A stretch of 63,917 nucleotides of DNA, filler included, from Octopus bimaculoides (taxonomy: Eukaryota): assembly GCF_001194135.2 (NCBI RefSeq). It is 5 parts of 4 records of this genome, joined end to end, with 100 filler letters (N's around TTAATTAATTAA, not from the genome) between each part and the next. Parts side by side here need not be neighbours in the genome. Positions count along the whole stretch, not along the records: positions 1 to 27,655 come from NC_068982.1; positions 27,756 to 36,982 come from NC_068982.1; positions 37,083 to 55,450 come from NC_069007.1; 2 more parts are not named here. One strand, 5' to 3'. Below are positions 26,985 to 38,369 of the stretch, in pieces (within the stretch, counting starts at the first letter, position 1; every line of letters starts with the position of its first letter). The position numbers and the translations under genes are program-made. The notes under the pieces were generated by a model. The model had not been told where the DNA came from, did not search any database, and saw nothing but the letters and a program-made list of their open reading frames with translations.

Positions 26985-27122
26985 ATACTCTAGGCACAAG
27001 GCCCGAAATTTTGGGGAATGGGGTCAGCCGAATAGATCGACTCCAGTATGCAACTGGTACTTAATTTATCGACCCCGAAAGGATGAAAGGCAAAGTCGAC
27101 CTCGGCGGAATTTGAAGTCGAA
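26985..27122 (-). mobile_element. SINE family D, 5'-truncated
   Basis: actctaggcacaaggcccgaaatttt...tcgaccccgaaaggatgaaaggcaaagtcgacctcggcggaatttgaa. Confidence 0.85.
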
Positions 27123-27320
27123 TGCATGAAAACTGCGCCCTATCTAAAATCTTCAGAGACAAAATCTACGTGTGCGACGAATGTAGAAGGAACCGAATAA
27201 GTAAGCAAACCTCATTGAAGTAGAAAGGTGCGGTTCACTTTCTCCTTAACCAGGACTGTCTCTTTTTGGTGAAGCCACTGACATCACTATTCAGTCCGAG
27301 GAAAGGGACGCCACTTCTCG

Positions 27321-27655
27321 CTGCTCACACGTCTAAGCGACAATGGACTCAGATGTCACCGTGAAAAGTGCCAGTTTGCACTACCCAGTGTAGAATACCT
27401 TGGACACATTTTGTCGACTGAAGGGATCACTAAGGGATCCAAAGTCGAAGCAGTCTTAAAGATGCCATCTCCAACGAACGAATCAAGCTTGAAATCTTTC
27501 CTAGGTTCAGTTCAGTTTTATGGAAAGTTTATCCCAAACCTAGCCAGTATAGCAGAGCCACTCTATTGCCTTACGAAAAAGTCAACTATTTGGAAGTGGG
27601 GAGATGAGGAACAGTCAGTTTTTGATCACTTGAAAAATGTACTTTCATCAAGTCA
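27321..27655 (+). pseudogene. Ty3/Gypsy reverse transcriptase C-terminal and thumb fragment, cut by gap
   Basis: Stop-free frame LLTRLSDNGLRCHREKCQFALPSVEYLGHILS...LKSFLGSVQFYGKFIPNLASIAEPLYCLTKK...WKWGDEEQSVFDHLK. Confidence 0.9.
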
Positions 27656-27755
27656 NNNNNNNNNNNNNNNNNNNNNNNNNNNNNNNNNNNNNNNNNNNNT
27701 TAATTAATTAANNNNNNNNNNNNNNNNNNNNNNNNNNNNNNNNNNNNNNNNNNNN
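27656..27755. other. Artificial 100-bp scaffold spacer
   Basis: 44 N + TTAATTAATTAA + 44 N. Confidence 0.95.
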
Positions 27756-27943
27756 AGCTACAGTGTGTGCCACCCAGGGTGGCCCTTCCATTTTCCACCC
27801 CTGGACCCCATAAAAAACACATATTGCCTACAGCAGACCCAAAAGTGCTGCCCGGAGTGGATTACCCCTACTGCCCCCCTCCTCCAGTTATGCTAGTGCC
27901 TCTTGCATCAATTAAAGTTCACATTGGTAAATGCTCAGTTCAA

Positions 27944-28181
27944 CCCTTTAGCATTCAGATCACTCTGTCCAATATAATGCTTATTTACTCACATTGCTTT
28001 GAATTAATCATGCATTATCTCATAGCTTTGAAATTTTGATGATGTGATTGTATATTTTAAAAATGACATTGTAGGCTGGATGTGAGAGGCTGGATCTGGC
28101 TGGTTTAAACATAAAACAGACTGGATATGGCTGGTTTAAACATAAAACAGACTGGATATGGCTGGTTTAAATGCTAAAGGA
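27944..28181 (+). mobile_element. piggyBac-type MITE
   Basis: TCAA|CCCTTTAGCATT ... AATGCTAAAGGA|TTAA; same family as 54998-55217 in the opposite orientation; internal 30-bp tandem duplication. Confidence 0.75.
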
Positions 28182-28648
28182 TTAAACAGTTGAAAGACAG
28201 GTTATTTGAGAGATGATTGAATGCAATTCTGAGAAGAAAATATTGGGTAGAAGTGTATTATCACAAAAGCAGAGAGGTGAGAAGAAGGTGGAGAACTAGG
28301 AGGAAGATGGAAGGAGAGGGTAAAGAGAGACAAGAATTGCAACCAAATGGATTTAGATGGTTTGTCAGAATGAGTATGTTTATCAGAATAGTAGTTCAGA
28401 AGACAAACACAGGACAGCTTGACTATTTGAAAAGTATTGTAGAATTGCTAGTAAGATTAGAATAACATTTTTTGGTAAATGTGGTCTACAGTATACATGT
28501 CCAACCTGTGTCAGCATAGAAAATGAATACTAAATGATGATGATGACGTTCTGAGGAACATAAGGTTCTAAAAGTTCACAAGATGAATTATTAATAAAAC
28601 TTGATAAAAAGAATGGTATGAACAATTTCAAAGTGAAGTTGCATTTTT

Positions 28649-28728
<80 letters not shown>

Positions 28729-29025
28729 AATAGATTATCTCTCAAAAACAAATTTTGTTTCACTTATTGGACTCCACAACAAAAAGAATTTGGGACCCGG
28801 TGTCATAGAAGATTGCATCTGTCACTAATTTAACAGTATGAGACTGGTTGGAGTGGAAAGTGTCCTAAAAGCAAATTAAGTGCCACAGATAATTGGTATA
28901 TAGTTCTCTTTCTTGTTGCAGATTCCATTTTACTTATTATTTTTTATTTATTTCAATTTTTTAAAAATAATTTAACATTACTTTTTATATTTTTACATTG
29001 AGTGGAACAACACAATTGCTTGTAT

Positions 29026-29358
29026 GTCAGACCACCTCATGGTCCTAGCAGACAAAATGGAAAAGGCATTGCCCTGGAAGAAGGTGAGGGAAATGTGCTG
29101 GAACAGCTACTCTGGCTTGAAGGGCTTGTACTTGTGGATTGCTATCTCCACCCCAATATCACTGAGCAGGGATATGGTCTAGGAGCCAAGAACACCAGAA
29201 GTCTCCACTGCCACAGTTTCGATGATAAACCTGTCAGAGAGTGACCAATACCTTAACAGTTTGCATTTCTCAGCCTGACAAGCAATAGAGCCTGGGCTGA
29301 TAGCTGAATACACCAAGTTGTTGCTGGAGAAGGTGTCACAGCATGTGGCATCCCAGAT
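29026..29358 (-). pseudogene. CRE-clade non-LTR retrotransposon, restriction-like endonuclease (RLE) relic
   Basis: IWDATCCDTF...GSIACQAEKCKLLRYWSL...VAVETSGVLG...LLSDIG...LFQHISLTFFQGNAFSI, with two in-frame stops. Confidence 0.75.
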
Positions 29359-30414
29359 GTAATCAGTATATTATTAACAGAAAAATAAATTTTGTGACAT
29401 ATTCTGAAAACACAATGAAGGAGTTGGGATCAAAAAGTTTGGGAAACATAGATTAATTTACTTTAATATGAATTACACATTTTAGAATGTAGGATATCGT
29501 CAAACGACAGAATATACCGATGCCCTCCACCTTTCACTCATAAAAATCACATTTTATTTGTGACAGCTGTTTCAAAATCTACCATTAGAAAAAAAATAAT
29601 AATAAATAGATGATACAAAGTGATCAAGGACAGAGAGTTTCATGCATAGCACTCACTCACCAAGGTTTTTTAAGTGTCATGTGTGAAACTCTCAACCATT
29701 AAGTCACTGTTTGTTCTACAGATTAAAAAAAATACATATGCACAGAAACATAACTACAGTTTGGTGTCCCAATGATCATGCTCTCATATTTTATTATTTT
29801 TTGCCTCCTAAGTTATTTTCTAACGTCCCTATTTTGAATTAGCTTTTGTGTGTATCAAAATGTAGCAGAGTTTCGGTGTCTTTCAATGAATTTAACCGCA
29901 TTTAATTTGACCAAGAATTGGGTCAGCGATTGCTAAAAAGTAAATGTCGATATTAAAAATAAAATTAATTCATTTCCGTGGGTGAATGATATACACAAAC
30001 ACACAAACACAAATTAGACGGCTAATGTGGATCCATCTATACTTATAAGGTTTTAATAACTGAAGAATCCCTTTGGTTGAAATGCTTGCCACACCTATCT
30101 CCAATAGGTGTCTATATATGTGCAAAAGCAATGGACTGCCAGTTTCCCTCCATCAAATTCTGCATAGACGCAATAATAAACACTTGTTCAAAACACTGCG
30201 TAGCATGATTGAACCTAGAACTAAGTGATTATAAAGTGGATCTCATTGACTTTTAATCGATGGTACCTCATCCCTACAAATTCGTGAATTTGATACAAGG
30301 AATAACTATGTCTAGAAATTCTCGTATACAAAAAATATTGGTTTTAAATTTTGGCACAATGTGATGTATAGATTAAAATCAATACTACTTGTCAATTATT
30401 TAAAAATTGCTTTC

Positions 30415-30625
30415 AAATTTTGGCAGAAAACCAGCAATTTTGAAGTGGGGGTGGTCAAGTAGATTACATCGACCCCATTGCTCAACTGGTATTTATTTTA
30501 TCGATCCAGAAAGGATTAAAGGTAAAGTTGACCTTGGCAGAATTTGAACTTAGAACATAAACACAGAGGAAATGTTATTAGGCATTTTGCCCGACGTGCT
30601 GATGATTCTGCCAGCTCACCGCCTT
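30415..30625 (-). mobile_element. SINE family D
   Basis: tcgatccagaaaggattaaaggtaaagttgaccttggcagaatttgaac...ttctgccagctcaccgcct. Confidence 0.8.
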
Positions 30626-30639
30626 CAATTATTTAAATA

Positions 30640-31379
30640 CTAGCTGACATACCCAGTAATTCCCGGGAAAGCAGGGTTTATCCCTTGGTTCCGTTCTCAT
30701 AATTGTTTCACTAATCCAATAACAACAACACAAAGTATGTAGCCCTTAAAATGGTTTTTGTGAATTTACAGAGAATACCGAACAGAGTATGTAGAACCTA
30801 GGAGGAAGTACTAATAAGGTATGTATACTAAAATCGTGAAGCATATTACGTAATAACAGGCTAATCAGATATGAGATAATTACAATTCAAAGTAAATAAC
30901 TCTGAAAAGGGCTTTTGTGCATTCCCAGAGAATATTATCCTCAGGGGCGCTAGTGTTGGTATATTCATGAATAAGTCACTAACCAAAATAAGTGGATCTA
31001 TTGTTTAGGAAAATACTATTTACTTGTTTAAGGGTTGTACTGGATAAATTGCGAAAATAACTCTAACAGTTCAAATACTAAGAAAAAAGCATACTCAATT
31101 TCATTTTTACCAAATAATATAGGAAAATGAATGGGTTATTTCCCTTGGTTTTTAAAATAAAATATACTATATATATATATATATATATAAGGATCCCTTC
31201 CAGGGGTCCTATTATCGACTTTTTTCAACAATCTGAGTATGCCACGAGGTTTCCAGACACATGTCAAGGTTTCAACTCACATGCCAAGTTTCATCAAAAT
31301 CGATAAAACGATGTAGGAGGAGTTAGCTAACAACTCCACAAACACACCCACGGACAGAATTTCTCACGTATGTAGTAGA
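30640..31379 (-). mobile_element. Non-autonomous Helitron (family H2)
   Basis: Minus strand A|TCTACTACATACGTGAG... to hairpin CCCGG-GAATTA-CTGGG and CTAG|T. Confidence 0.7.
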
Positions 31380-31557
31380 TTGGAAATAAACGATGCATGA
31401 AATTTATGGTAAAACTGAACGAGGTCATGTTTCTTTTCAAAGGAGATGCAACATTCATTTCATAACAACTACTTACAAATTTCAGGATTTCCCCATTTTT
31501 ATAAATATTAATCTTGTTCTTAGCAAAAAAATTTTTAATTTCTTATTTTATTTTAAA

Positions 31558-31600
31558 CTAGCAGAGATACCTGGCGTTGCTTGGTATTAAAATGGCATAG
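31558..31600 (-). mobile_element. Isolated Helitron 3'-end fragment
   Basis: ctagcagagatacctggcgttgcttgg resembles the H1 end ctagcagaaatacccgactttgcccgg. Confidence 0.45.
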
Positions 31601-31611
31601 TTTTTAATTGT

Positions 31612-31790
31612 TTTACTTGTTTTGGTCATGTGACTGTGGCCATGCTGGAGCACCACATTTAGTCGAAGAAATCGACCCCAGGATTTATTTATTGTAAGCC
31701 TAGTACTTATTCTATCAGTGTGTTTTTCCAAATGGCTAAGTTACGGAGGACGTAAACACAGCAACATCGATTGTCAAGCGATGGTGGGGT
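31612..31790 (-). mobile_element. SINE family A, 3' half
   Basis: gactgtggccatgctggagcacc...aatcgaccccagga...gctaagttacggaggacgtaaacac. Confidence 0.8.
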
Positions 31791-31946
31791 GCCAGTACCG
31801 CCTGACTGGCTCCCGTAGGATTTTCGAGCGAGATCGTTGCCAGTGCCCCTGGACTGGCTTGTGCAGGTGGCACATAAAAGACACCATTTCGAGCGTGGCC
31901 GTTGCCAGTATCGCCTGACTGGCCTTCGTGCAGGTGACACGTAAAA
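31791..31946 (+). repeat. 115-bp VNTR unit of family E, inverted relative to 44328-44820
   Basis: gccagtaccgcctgactggc...gagcgagatcgttgccagtgcccctggactggc is the reverse complement of the 44.3-44.8 kb unit. Confidence 0.85.
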
Positions 31947-32874
31947 NNNNNNNNNNNNNNNNNNNNNNNNNNNNNNNNNNNNNNNNNNNNNNNNNNNNNN
32001 NNNNNNNNNNNNNNNNNNNNNNNNNNNNNNNNNNNNNNNNNNNNNNNNNNNNNNNNNNNNNNNNNNNNNNNNNNNNNNNNNNNNNNNNNNNNNNNNNNNN
32101 NNNNNNNNNNNNNNNNNNNNNNNNNNNNNNNNNNNNNNNNNNNNNNNNNNNNNNNNNNNNNNNNNNNNNNNNNNNNNNNNNNNNNNNNNNNNNNNNNNNN
32201 NNNNNNNNNNNNNNNNNNNNNNNNNNNNNNNNNNNNNNNNNNNNNNNNNNNNNNNNNNNNNNNNNNNNNNNNNNNNNNNNNNNNNNNNNNNTCATCCATG
32301 TAATTGGCTATAGAAATGCTTGTGCAAAACAACTTTTTGCGCTGCTCTGATTATACATAGCAGGGTAATCCCTTTTCACAGGAGCTAGGATGGCAATTTG
32401 TGATGAAGCAATTGCTGGCGATCTGTTGCTAAACAGTTTTGCCAGAATTCTATCAGATTGAGCAGAAGGTGTTGATGCACCATTTTGCATTATGCTCAAA
32501 GTAGCTACTGGAATGTGGTGAATTGCTGCAGTCTGTGGCTGTCATTTTAAACCGGTTGCTGTCTTTCCCCAGCAAACTCTCTTCTTTGGAGGCATAATCT
32601 ATGTATATATTAAACAGAACAACAAAAGTTATAATAGATGGCAGGGTTGGTACTTTTCACATATCTGTAATTTTTCAGATTAACACAAACACACAACTTC
32701 AGATTTATATATTAAGATATATATATAATAATACAAAGAATATGTATACATGTATACCCACATATATGTACATACTTACATCTACATGTGTATATAGATG
32801 CATAACAGGGTACAGGACGTTAGAAAAATGAACTACAGACAACGGATATATATATATATACACACACACATGCA

Positions 32875-33072
32875 TATATGGGTACATGACGTCACCAACA
32901 GTAAACAACATGAAATACAAAAACAATGAGTTCAATACGCAAGCAACGAGAGAAACAAATGGAAAACGGGACAAGTAACATAAAGAACGACCCTTCATCA
33001 GTTGTTGGCTGTCTATCTATTCCTCGTTTCGAGCATTGAACGACAATATGAGTCTGCGAAGACAGTTGCTCC
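32875..33072 (-). repeat. Dispersed repeat family G (copy 3)
   Basis: gaacgacccttcatcagttgttggctgtct...acagttgctccc, shared with 5572-5760. Confidence 0.6.
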
Positions 33073-33351
33073 CATAATTTTGTTTTCTTACTAAATTCCA
33101 ATATAATTGAAATCGAAATCATCTGAAACGGATTTGTAGAAAATTTCATTCAAAATATCCCTTTACCTGAAAGTTATAAGGAAACAAAATCGGGGTAGGG
33201 AGCACAATTGTGTAGGTATGCCATTATGTCTTTGCGTTTTAGCGAAAGCATGCTAGAACTGGAAAAAGAAGTGTGGATCACAATTATCTCTGTACAACTT
33301 ATTGCTGGATGGAAGGGGTGGGGACACAACTCTGACAACTTATAAACACTG

Positions 33352-33619
33352 TTGTTGTTGGCACTCCGTCGCTTACGACGTCGAGGGTTCCAGTTGATCC
33401 AATCAACGGAACAGCCTGCTCGTGAAATTAACGTGCAAGTGGCTGAGCACTCCACAGACAAGTGTGCCCTTAACGTAGTTCTCGGGGATATTCAGCGTGA
33501 CACAGTGTGACAAGGCTGACCCATTGAATTAAAGGCACAGCAGAAACAGGAAATAAGAGTGAGAGAAAGTTGTGGTGAAAGAGTACAGCAGGGTTCGCCA
33601 CCATCCCTTGCCGGAGCCT
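33352..33619 (-). mobile_element. SINE family B, cut by gap
   Basis: Highly similar to 21710-21975. Confidence 0.9.
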
Positions 33620-34503
33620 NNNNNNNNNNNNNNNNNNNNNNNNNNNNNNNNNNNNNNNNNNNNNNNNNNNNNNNNNNNNNNNNNNNNNNNNNNNNNNNNN
33701 NNNNNNNNNNNNNNNNNNNNNNNNNNNNNNNNNNNNNNNNNNNNNNNNNNNNNNNNNNNNNNNNNNNNNNNNNNNNNNNNNNNNNNNNNNNNNNNNNNNN
33801 NNNNNNNNNNNNNNNNNNNNNNNNNNNNNNNNNNNNNNNNNNNNNNNNNNNNNNNNNNNNNNNNNNNNNNNNNNNNNNNNNNNNNNNNNNNNNNNNNNNN
33901 NNNNNNNNNNNNNNNNNNNNNNNNNNNNNNNNNNNNNNNNNNNNNNNNNNNNNNNNNNNNNNNNNNNNNNNNNNNNNNNNNNNNNNNNNNNNNNNNNNNN
34001 NNNNNNNNNNNNNNNNNNNNNNNNNNNNNNNNNNNNNNNNNNNNNNNNNNNNACATAATAGAGAAAAATGAAACAAATATAGACGACTTGCTCCGAAACA
34101 CCACCGAGTGGGGAACGCTTCTCAAAAATAACCTGCAGTTGTTTCCTTCAAAATTCCTACATGCTCGAAATGTACATACATCAAGGTATATTTGTAGAAA
34201 ATTTCACGAAAAAATATTAATTTTCCTGGAAGTTAAGAAGAATTTAAGTGGACTCTGTTGGAATTTCCGAAAATTGTCCCCCACCCCCATTCCAAAACAC
34301 TTTCATCGGAAATTTTTGTATATTCGGATTCTACATAGTAAATACTATATGCATAGAAAATTTCATTACAAAATATTCATTTTTCTGAAAGTTATGACCT
34401 CCCAAAGTCTGGGGGGTAAAACCCTGCAGTTATGCCAAATTGTCTAAATCTACAAGAAAGCAGCGTTATCATGAGTTGTTAAAAAGTAAAAAATATAACT
34501 TAC

Positions 34504-34719
34504 ACTGAGTGAGAGAAACCCGTGGGTCCCGAGTTCTTCATCATTCCATTTAGGTGGCGGAGCTTTAAAGATTGGACCCCGTCTGAAGTCGAATATGCCA
34601 AGAATACTGAAAGGGCTTTTGATGAAAGACAATATCAATCTCCCTATTGCAACACATGTATAAAAGAAAATTAAAGGAAGAATAATCGCAGCCCGGGATA
34701 TTTCATAGATAATCGACAT
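34504..34719 (-). CDS. EPHX4: First coding exon of an epoxide hydrolase 4/3-like alpha/beta hydrolase
   Basis: 72 codons, MSIIYEISRAAIILPLIFFYTCVAIGRLILSF...KAPPPKWNDEELGTHGFLSLS: a hydrophobic anchor followed by a motif resembling the vertebrate EPHX4 PPACLSDPSLGTHCYV; polypyrimidine + TAG acceptor 5 nt before the ATG; donor GTAAGT at phase 0. Symbol is by family resemblance only. Confidence 0.7.
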
Positions 34720-34939
34720 TTTAACTAATTGGTGTGACGAAAAAGAAAAAAACCCACAGTGGCTTCCAGCAGTAAGATCAAAGTCTGTTCGTGCAGATAG
34801 CAATGACAGCTCCTCTTAAATAAGTGACACGCTCTAGTCACCGTGACTTTATACTTACACCGCTGACTTGATAGAAAGTTTAACTGAAATGAGTTGTAAT
34901 AGGAATAACTTCCCTTACATTCATGTCATTTATCTAAAC

Positions 34940-35172
34940 CAGCAGTTGTCAACCGTTCTTTGGTCTATGGACCCCTTTAATTGCTATTTTACCTAGAGAG
35001 ACCTTCATAGCCACTCAAAGTTTTTTTTAAAAATCCTATTATATTTTTATAATTAAATATCATTAAGAATTGGATAAAAAAAAATGAAGTTGAAATATTC
35101 TGTGTTGTAGAACTAATTTATTGCACATAAACTTTAACAAAATCTTATATGGATGCCCGTTGAGAACCATTG
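34940..35172. mobile_element. hAT (Charlie-like) MITE, degenerate
   Basis: Termini CAGCAGTTGTCAACC / CGTTGAGAACCATTG; flanks ATCTAAAC and (A)ATCTAAAT resemble an 8-bp NTCTARAN target duplication. Confidence 0.6.
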
Positions 35173-35739
35173 AATCTAAATAGAGGCATATTATTGCACC
35201 ATTATATAAAAGCATTATTTCGTTTCAAAATTTACGGTATTTATTTGATAAAGAGTAAAAAAAAGTAATGCCAAACATCAAGGGCAATAACGGTGGGTTT
35301 AACATTATACTGAAGTGCGAAAAATTCCTCAGTTAAGAGGATAAAGTATATTATTGATTTTGGGGGGTACAAAAAATGAACGGTTGCATTATACTTGACA
35401 TCTCATTATACACGAATATATTATTTAGTAGCTTAAAAGTCACCCTATCGGGCTCTTCTTTTGGGCCTTGAACCCAATAATGATACTTCATGCATTGAGT
35501 ACATATTAAATTTTATTTAAACTTGACCAATATTTTCCAAACAATGAACAATTTTCGTCAAAACAATGATATATGTCGACTTGGAACTTCTTGCAAAGCT
35601 TCGTGATAAACATTTTTTTGTCTTCCCATTCGGAGGTCACCACCAACACCACCTCCGTCGCCTCCGCCTCTATCACAACTACAGCTCATACTATTACTAT
35701 CACCCCATTACCATCTCATCTTAGTGATTGTTTCATTAC

Positions 35740-35850
35740 CTTTAAAATGTTGAGAGCGATAGATCTGACAGGTTCAGAGAGGTTGCCCTTTCGGGGACTG
35801 GGTCATCCTGTTGTACATTTCGAAAGATTACGATAGGAGCGAGCAAGTGT
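35740..35850 (-). other. Possible 5'-UTR exon or promoter-proximal region of the EPHX-like gene
   Basis: Minus-strand donor AAG|GTAATG at 35739; locally CpG-richer unique sequence about 1 kb upstream of the coding exon. Confidence 0.25.
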
Positions 35851-36590
35851 TTGTGGGTGTGTGTGTGTGTGTGGGTGTGTGTGAGAGAGAGAGAGGCAAA
35901 AGTTAGTGATGATAATAGTAGTAAATACTTTTTATTACTTTTGTTTAACCTCAGGTCATTTCTCATGTAATGATTTGAAGGATATTTCTCAGCTATTTCT
36001 ATGAAGTCTATATAACACTTTTCGTTTTCAAAAGATTTGGCTGCTATTTCTAACGTGTTTGGATTGAAAATAAAACAAAGAAAAGAAAATGAAAGATCGC
36101 ATGTCTTTATATTAAAGCATCTGTCTTCCGTTATTAAAGTTATGGGGTACTGTAAGCATTATTCATAGAACTCACATATTTGACATCAAGTCACTTAACC
36201 GTTGATGAAACTAATACCTTTGATTGAAAGCTTTATATTTTCAGAAAATAATTTTATTACCACATCTAATTCAGCCATGAGATTACATCAATTAATTTTT
36301 TTTTCTACCGTAACTTATCCTCAATACCTTGACTTGTTAACCTCAGTTTTATTCTTATCTGGCAAATCTCCTACGCTGTGGATAATCTACTATAATCCTG
36401 TCTACTTCATTTTATATAAAATATATCGATACATTATAATATAATCTAAAAGTGATAGAGCGCGTTTTTAAATTAGTGTTTTTTTTCTTCTCTTCCCTTA
36501 ATAAAAGTTGGAAGAGACTTTTGCAGTCTAACATCTTGAATAATGCGTAACCCCAATTTTAATCAGATTTTGGTGAAAAATTATTATACA

Positions 36591-36982
36591 CTAGCAGAAA
36601 TACCCGACTTTGCCCGGGTTAAAGAGAATAATGAAATCTAAAAACGCCGTCTAGACTACGCAACCCTCAACTGTTAGTAGCTACGATACCATATTTCTAC
36701 ATTAATAACTCTCCAATCCATGCCAGCATGGAACATAGACATTAAGTGGAATGCCAGTCTCTCATCTGGGAAGGCCTTGAAATCAATGTTACCAACTGGG
36801 GACTATGTGTCGCAGTGATAATAAAAAGACTCAAAGGAGGTCTGCAACGAAATAATTTTACTCAACACTTTGCAAGTGAATCAGTGGAGGCAAAGATGCG
36901 TCTCATTTACTTCACAATTTATGCATCACATTGCAGAAATCACAATGTAAGTATATCTGAAAGGGTAGTCTTACACTGTTGT
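36591..36982 (-). mobile_element. Helitron family H1, 3' part, cut by spacer
   Basis: Reverse complement of 11461-11796 at high identity; ends CTAG|T. Confidence 0.85.
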
Positions 36983-37082
36983 NNNNNNNNNNNNNNNNNN
37001 NNNNNNNNNNNNNNNNNNNNNNNNNNTTAATTAATTAANNNNNNNNNNNNNNNNNNNNNNNNNNNNNNNNNNNNNNNNNNNN
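36983..37082. other. Artificial 100-bp scaffold spacer
   Basis: 44 N + TTAATTAATTAA + 44 N. Confidence 0.95.
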
Positions 37083-37227
37083 AAGTTGTTTCCTGTTTGT
37101 TTACAGTCTTTATTGCACCTGAACATCTGCCACAAACAAAAACTAACTTCCTAGTTAACCTGCCTTTGATGTTGCTGCACCTCTTATGTGTCCATAGCTT
37201 GCACCGGGTACATCTTATAGAGTTACT
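37083..37227 (-). pseudogene. Cys-rich fragment, probably from an RTE-like LINE ORF
   Basis: NSIRCTRCKLWTHKRCSNIKGRLTRKLVFVCGRCSG (CxxC...HxxC...CxxC); no splice signals support a host exon. Confidence 0.55.
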
Positions 37228-37292
37228 AATAATAATAATAATAATAATAATGATGATAATAATAATAAAGCTTTCTGTAAATGAAGACAAAC

Positions 37293-37375
37293 CTTTCATG
37301 CTCCGTTTCTCGATCAGTGATATGGCTTTCTTCTCTTTTAATTTGGTTTATTCTGTCAGGAATTTTCAGATTTGA
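37293..37375 (-). CDS. FAM122A: FAM122/PABIR-family protein, coding exon 3
   Basis: T-rich tract + GCAG | SNLKIPDRINQIKREESHITDRETEHE+AG | GTTTGT; 83 nt, phase 0 to 2; matches the human FAM122A segment SSRLHQIKQEEGMDLINRETVHERE. Confidence 0.85.
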
Positions 37376-37611
37376 CTGCATAAAGAAAAAAAAATTAATA
37401 AATATGGACATACAAGACAAAGACCTTTACTAAAAACAATGAAAAGACCTATATACATACATCCATACATACATCCATACATACATGCATATACATATGT
37501 TATGTGACCACGCAGCTGACCAGACTGTCAGATGTTGTTACACATCGTTAAAGGAATAATCTCCAGAGCTTATCCCTTTGTCACTTGTCAAAACAAGACG
37601 ATGCACAGTGG

Positions 37612-37770
37612 TGCAGGTGCAGGCATGGCAGTGTGGTTGAGCAGTTTGCTTTCCCAACCACATGATTCCAGGTTCAGTCCCACTGCGTGGCACCTTGGGC
37701 AAGTATCTTCTACTATAGCCTAGAGCTGACCAAAGCCTTGTGAGTGGATTTGGTAGACGGAGACTAAAAG
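37612..37770 (+). mobile_element. SINE family A head and core
   Basis: gcaggcatggcagtgtggttgag...ggttcagtcccactgcgtggcaccttgggcaag...gtggatttggtagacgg. Confidence 0.85.
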
Positions 37771-37861
37771 TATTTCATTATTTACATTCGATGGATATTT
37801 GTCCTCATCTTGTTTGTTGTTATCCGTCGAATGTAAATAATGTAAATCCGTCAAATACTCT

Positions 37862-38249
37862 TTACTCTGTACTTGTTTCAGTCATTTGACTGCGGCCATG
37901 CTGGAGCACCGTCTTTTAGTCGAGCAAATCGACCCCAGGACTTATTCTTTGGAAGCCTAGTACTTATACTATCGGTCCCTTTTGCCGAACCGCTAAGTTA
38001 CGGGAGACGTAAACACACCACCATCGGTTGTCAAGCGATGTTGGGGGGACAAACACATATATATACATATATATATATATATATACGACGGGCTTCTTTC
38101 AGTTTCCGTCTACCAAATCCACTCATAAGGCTTTGGTCGGCCCGAGGCTATAGTAGAAGACACTTGCCCAAGGTGCCACGCAGTGGGAATGAACCCGGAA
38201 CTATGTGGTTGGTAAGCAAGCTACTTACCACACAGCTACTCCTGCGCCT
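37862..38249 (-). mobile_element. SINE family A, full length, well preserved
   Basis: tRNA-like head (ggcgcaggagtagctgtgtggtaag...gggttcattcccactgcg), core, (TA)n linker and 3' tail. Confidence 0.9.
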
Positions 38250-38369
38250 AATCTCCAATTGCTCTATAGAGCTTATCCCTAATGTAAATAATGTAAATAA
38301 TGTACATAATTCCTCATCTCTTAAATACAGAACTGTAAAAGTATTTCATCGTATGTGTGTGTGTGTGCG

